From Centroscyllium fabricii (lineage: Eukaryota), in assembly GCA_051313645.2 (NCBI GenBank), contig JBNRSN020000016.1, positions 123,256,001 through 123,320,000 of the forward strand: DNA of 64,000 nt, given 5' to 3'. Within the stretch, counting starts at the first letter, position 1. The number at the start of each line of letters is the position of its first letter. A program made the translations under genes and the position numbers. Below, in pieces: positions 62,200 through 64,000 of the stretch. The notes below the pieces were generated by a model, which saw only the letters and a program-made list of their open reading frames with translations, was not told where the DNA came from and made no database searches.

Positions 62200-64000
62200 T
62201 TCTCTCTCCCTCCCCCCCCACCCCTCTCTCTCCCTCCCCCCCACCTCTCCCTCCCCCCATACCCCTCTCCCTCCCCCCCACCTCTCCCTCCCCCCATACC
62301 CCTCTCCCCATACCCCTCTCCCTCCCTCTCCCCCCCCACTCCCACACCCCCCCTCCCCTCCCTCCCCCCCCACCCCTCTCTCCCTCTCCCCCCCCCCACC
62401 CCACCCACCCCTCTCCCCCCACCCACCCCTCTATCCCTCCCCCCACCCCTCTCCCCCCACCCACCCCTCTCTCCCTCTCTCCCACCCACCCCTCTCCCTC
62501 CCTCCCCCCCACCCACCCCTCTCCCTCCCTCCCCCCCACCCACCCCTCTCCCTCCCTCCCCCCCACCCACCCCTCTCTCCCTCCCTCCCCCCCACCCACC
62601 CCTCTCTCCCTCCCTCCCCCCCACCCACCCCTCTCTCCCTCCCTCCCCCCACCCACCCCTCTCTCCCTCCCTCCCCCCCACCCACCCCTCTCTCCCTCCC
62701 TCCCCCCCACCCCACCCCTCTCTCCCTCCCTCCCCCCCACCCACCCCTCTCTCCCTCCCTCCCCCCCACCCACCCCTCTCTCCCTCCCTCCCCCCCACCC
62801 ACCCCTCTCTCCCTCCCTCCCCCCCACCCACCCCTCTCTCCCTCCCTCCCCCCCACCCACCCCTCTCTCCCTCCCTCCCCCCACCCACCCCTCTCTCCCT
62901 CCCTCCCCCCCCACCCCCCCACCCACCCCTCCCTCCCCCCCACCCACCCCTCTCTCTCTCCCTCCCCCCCCACCCACCCACCCCTCTCTCCCTCCCTCCC
63001 CCCCACCCACCCCTCTCTCCCTCCCTCCCCCCCACCCACCCCTCTCTCCCTCCCCCCCCCCACCCACCCCTCTCTCCCTCCCTCCCCCCCACCCACCCCT
63101 CTCTCCCTCCCCCCCACCCACCCCTCCCTCCCCCCCACCCCTCCCTCCCCCCCACCCACCCCTCTCTCCCTCCCTCCCCCCCACCCACCCCTCTCTCCCT
63201 CCCTCCCCCCCCACCCACCCCTCTCTCCCTCCCTCCCCCCCCACCCACCCCTCTCTCCCCCCCCACCCACCCCTCTCTCTCCCTCCCTCCCCCCCTCCCT
63301 CCCCCCCCACCCACCCCTCCTCCCCACCCCCCCACCCCTCCTCCCCACCCCCACCCCTCCTCCACCCCCCTCTCCCCCCCCACCCCACCCCCCTCTCCCC
63401 CCCCACCCCACCCCCCTCTCCCCCCCCTCCCTCCCCACCCCTCTCCCCCCCACCCCACCCCCCTCTCTCCCTCCCCACCCCACCCCACCCCCCTCTCTCC
63501 CTCCCCACCCCACCCCACCCCCCTCTCTCCCTCCCCACCCCACCCCCCTCTCCCCACCCCACCCCCCTCCCTCCCCACCCCACCCCCCTCTCTCCCTCCC
63601 CACCCCACCCCCCTCTCTCCCTCCCCACCCCACCCCCCTCTCTCCCTCCCCACCCCCCTCCCCCCCCTCTCTCCCTCCCCACCCCCCTCCCCCCACCCCA
63701 CCCCCCTCTCCCACCCCCCTCTCTCCCTCCCCACCCCCCTCCACCCCACCCCCCTCTCTCCCTCCCCACCCCACCCCCCTCCCCCCCACCCCACCCCCCT
63801 CTCTCCCCCCCACCCCACCCCCCTCTCCCTCCCCACCCCTCTCTCCCACCCCACCCCCCTCTCCCTCCCCACCCCCCTCTCCCTCCCCACCCCTCTCTCC
63901 CTCCCCACCCCACCCCCCTCTCCCACCCCACCCCCCTCTCCCACCCCACCCCCCTCTCCCTCCCCACCCCTCTCTCCCTCCCCACCCCACCCCTCTCTCC
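62200..64000 (+). repeat. C-rich low-complexity tract (CCCCA/CCCT/CT units), essentially no G on the + strand
   Basis: Direct reading; runs off the window end. Confidence 0.95.

Noticed and set aside
62028-63990. Gly/Glu/Arg-rich ORFs of 519-638 aa
   Set aside because: Open in all three - frames only because the low-complexity tract cannot encode stops; not a gene

Overview
Vertebrate genomic DNA, most likely a cartilaginous fish. The repeat content points that way: HE1-like and Deu-domain SINEs, abundant CR1 and L2 LINEs, and palindromic Penelope-like elements. Two spliced genes converge tail-to-tail. The 3' half of the kinesin-14 gene KIFC3 is on the + strand (6 confident exons at 38-14621 plus a probable terminal exon at 18974). 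Almost all of KATNB1 (katanin p80) is on the - strand (18 coding exons, 58610-22883), with the start exon outside the window. Opposed poly(A) signals sit at about 21.06-21.27 kb. Almost all long ORFs in the supplied track are LINE fragments, minisatellites or low-complexity artefacts. Main oddities: (1) a TA-flanked Tigger-type non-autonomous DNA transposon in the last KATNB1 intron carries a captured protocadherin 5' end (signal peptide + EC1), a Pack-TIR-like gene capture; (2) two families of Penelope-like inverted repeats carry minimal hammerhead-ribozyme motifs, with covariation including a U3:A8 core swap, and one truncated copy starts at the predicted cleavage site; (3) a perfect 138-bp palindrome has a target-site duplication plus an inverted copy of its own target site. 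Everything was read by eye. Exon boundaries were checked for phase; repeat boundaries are approximate.
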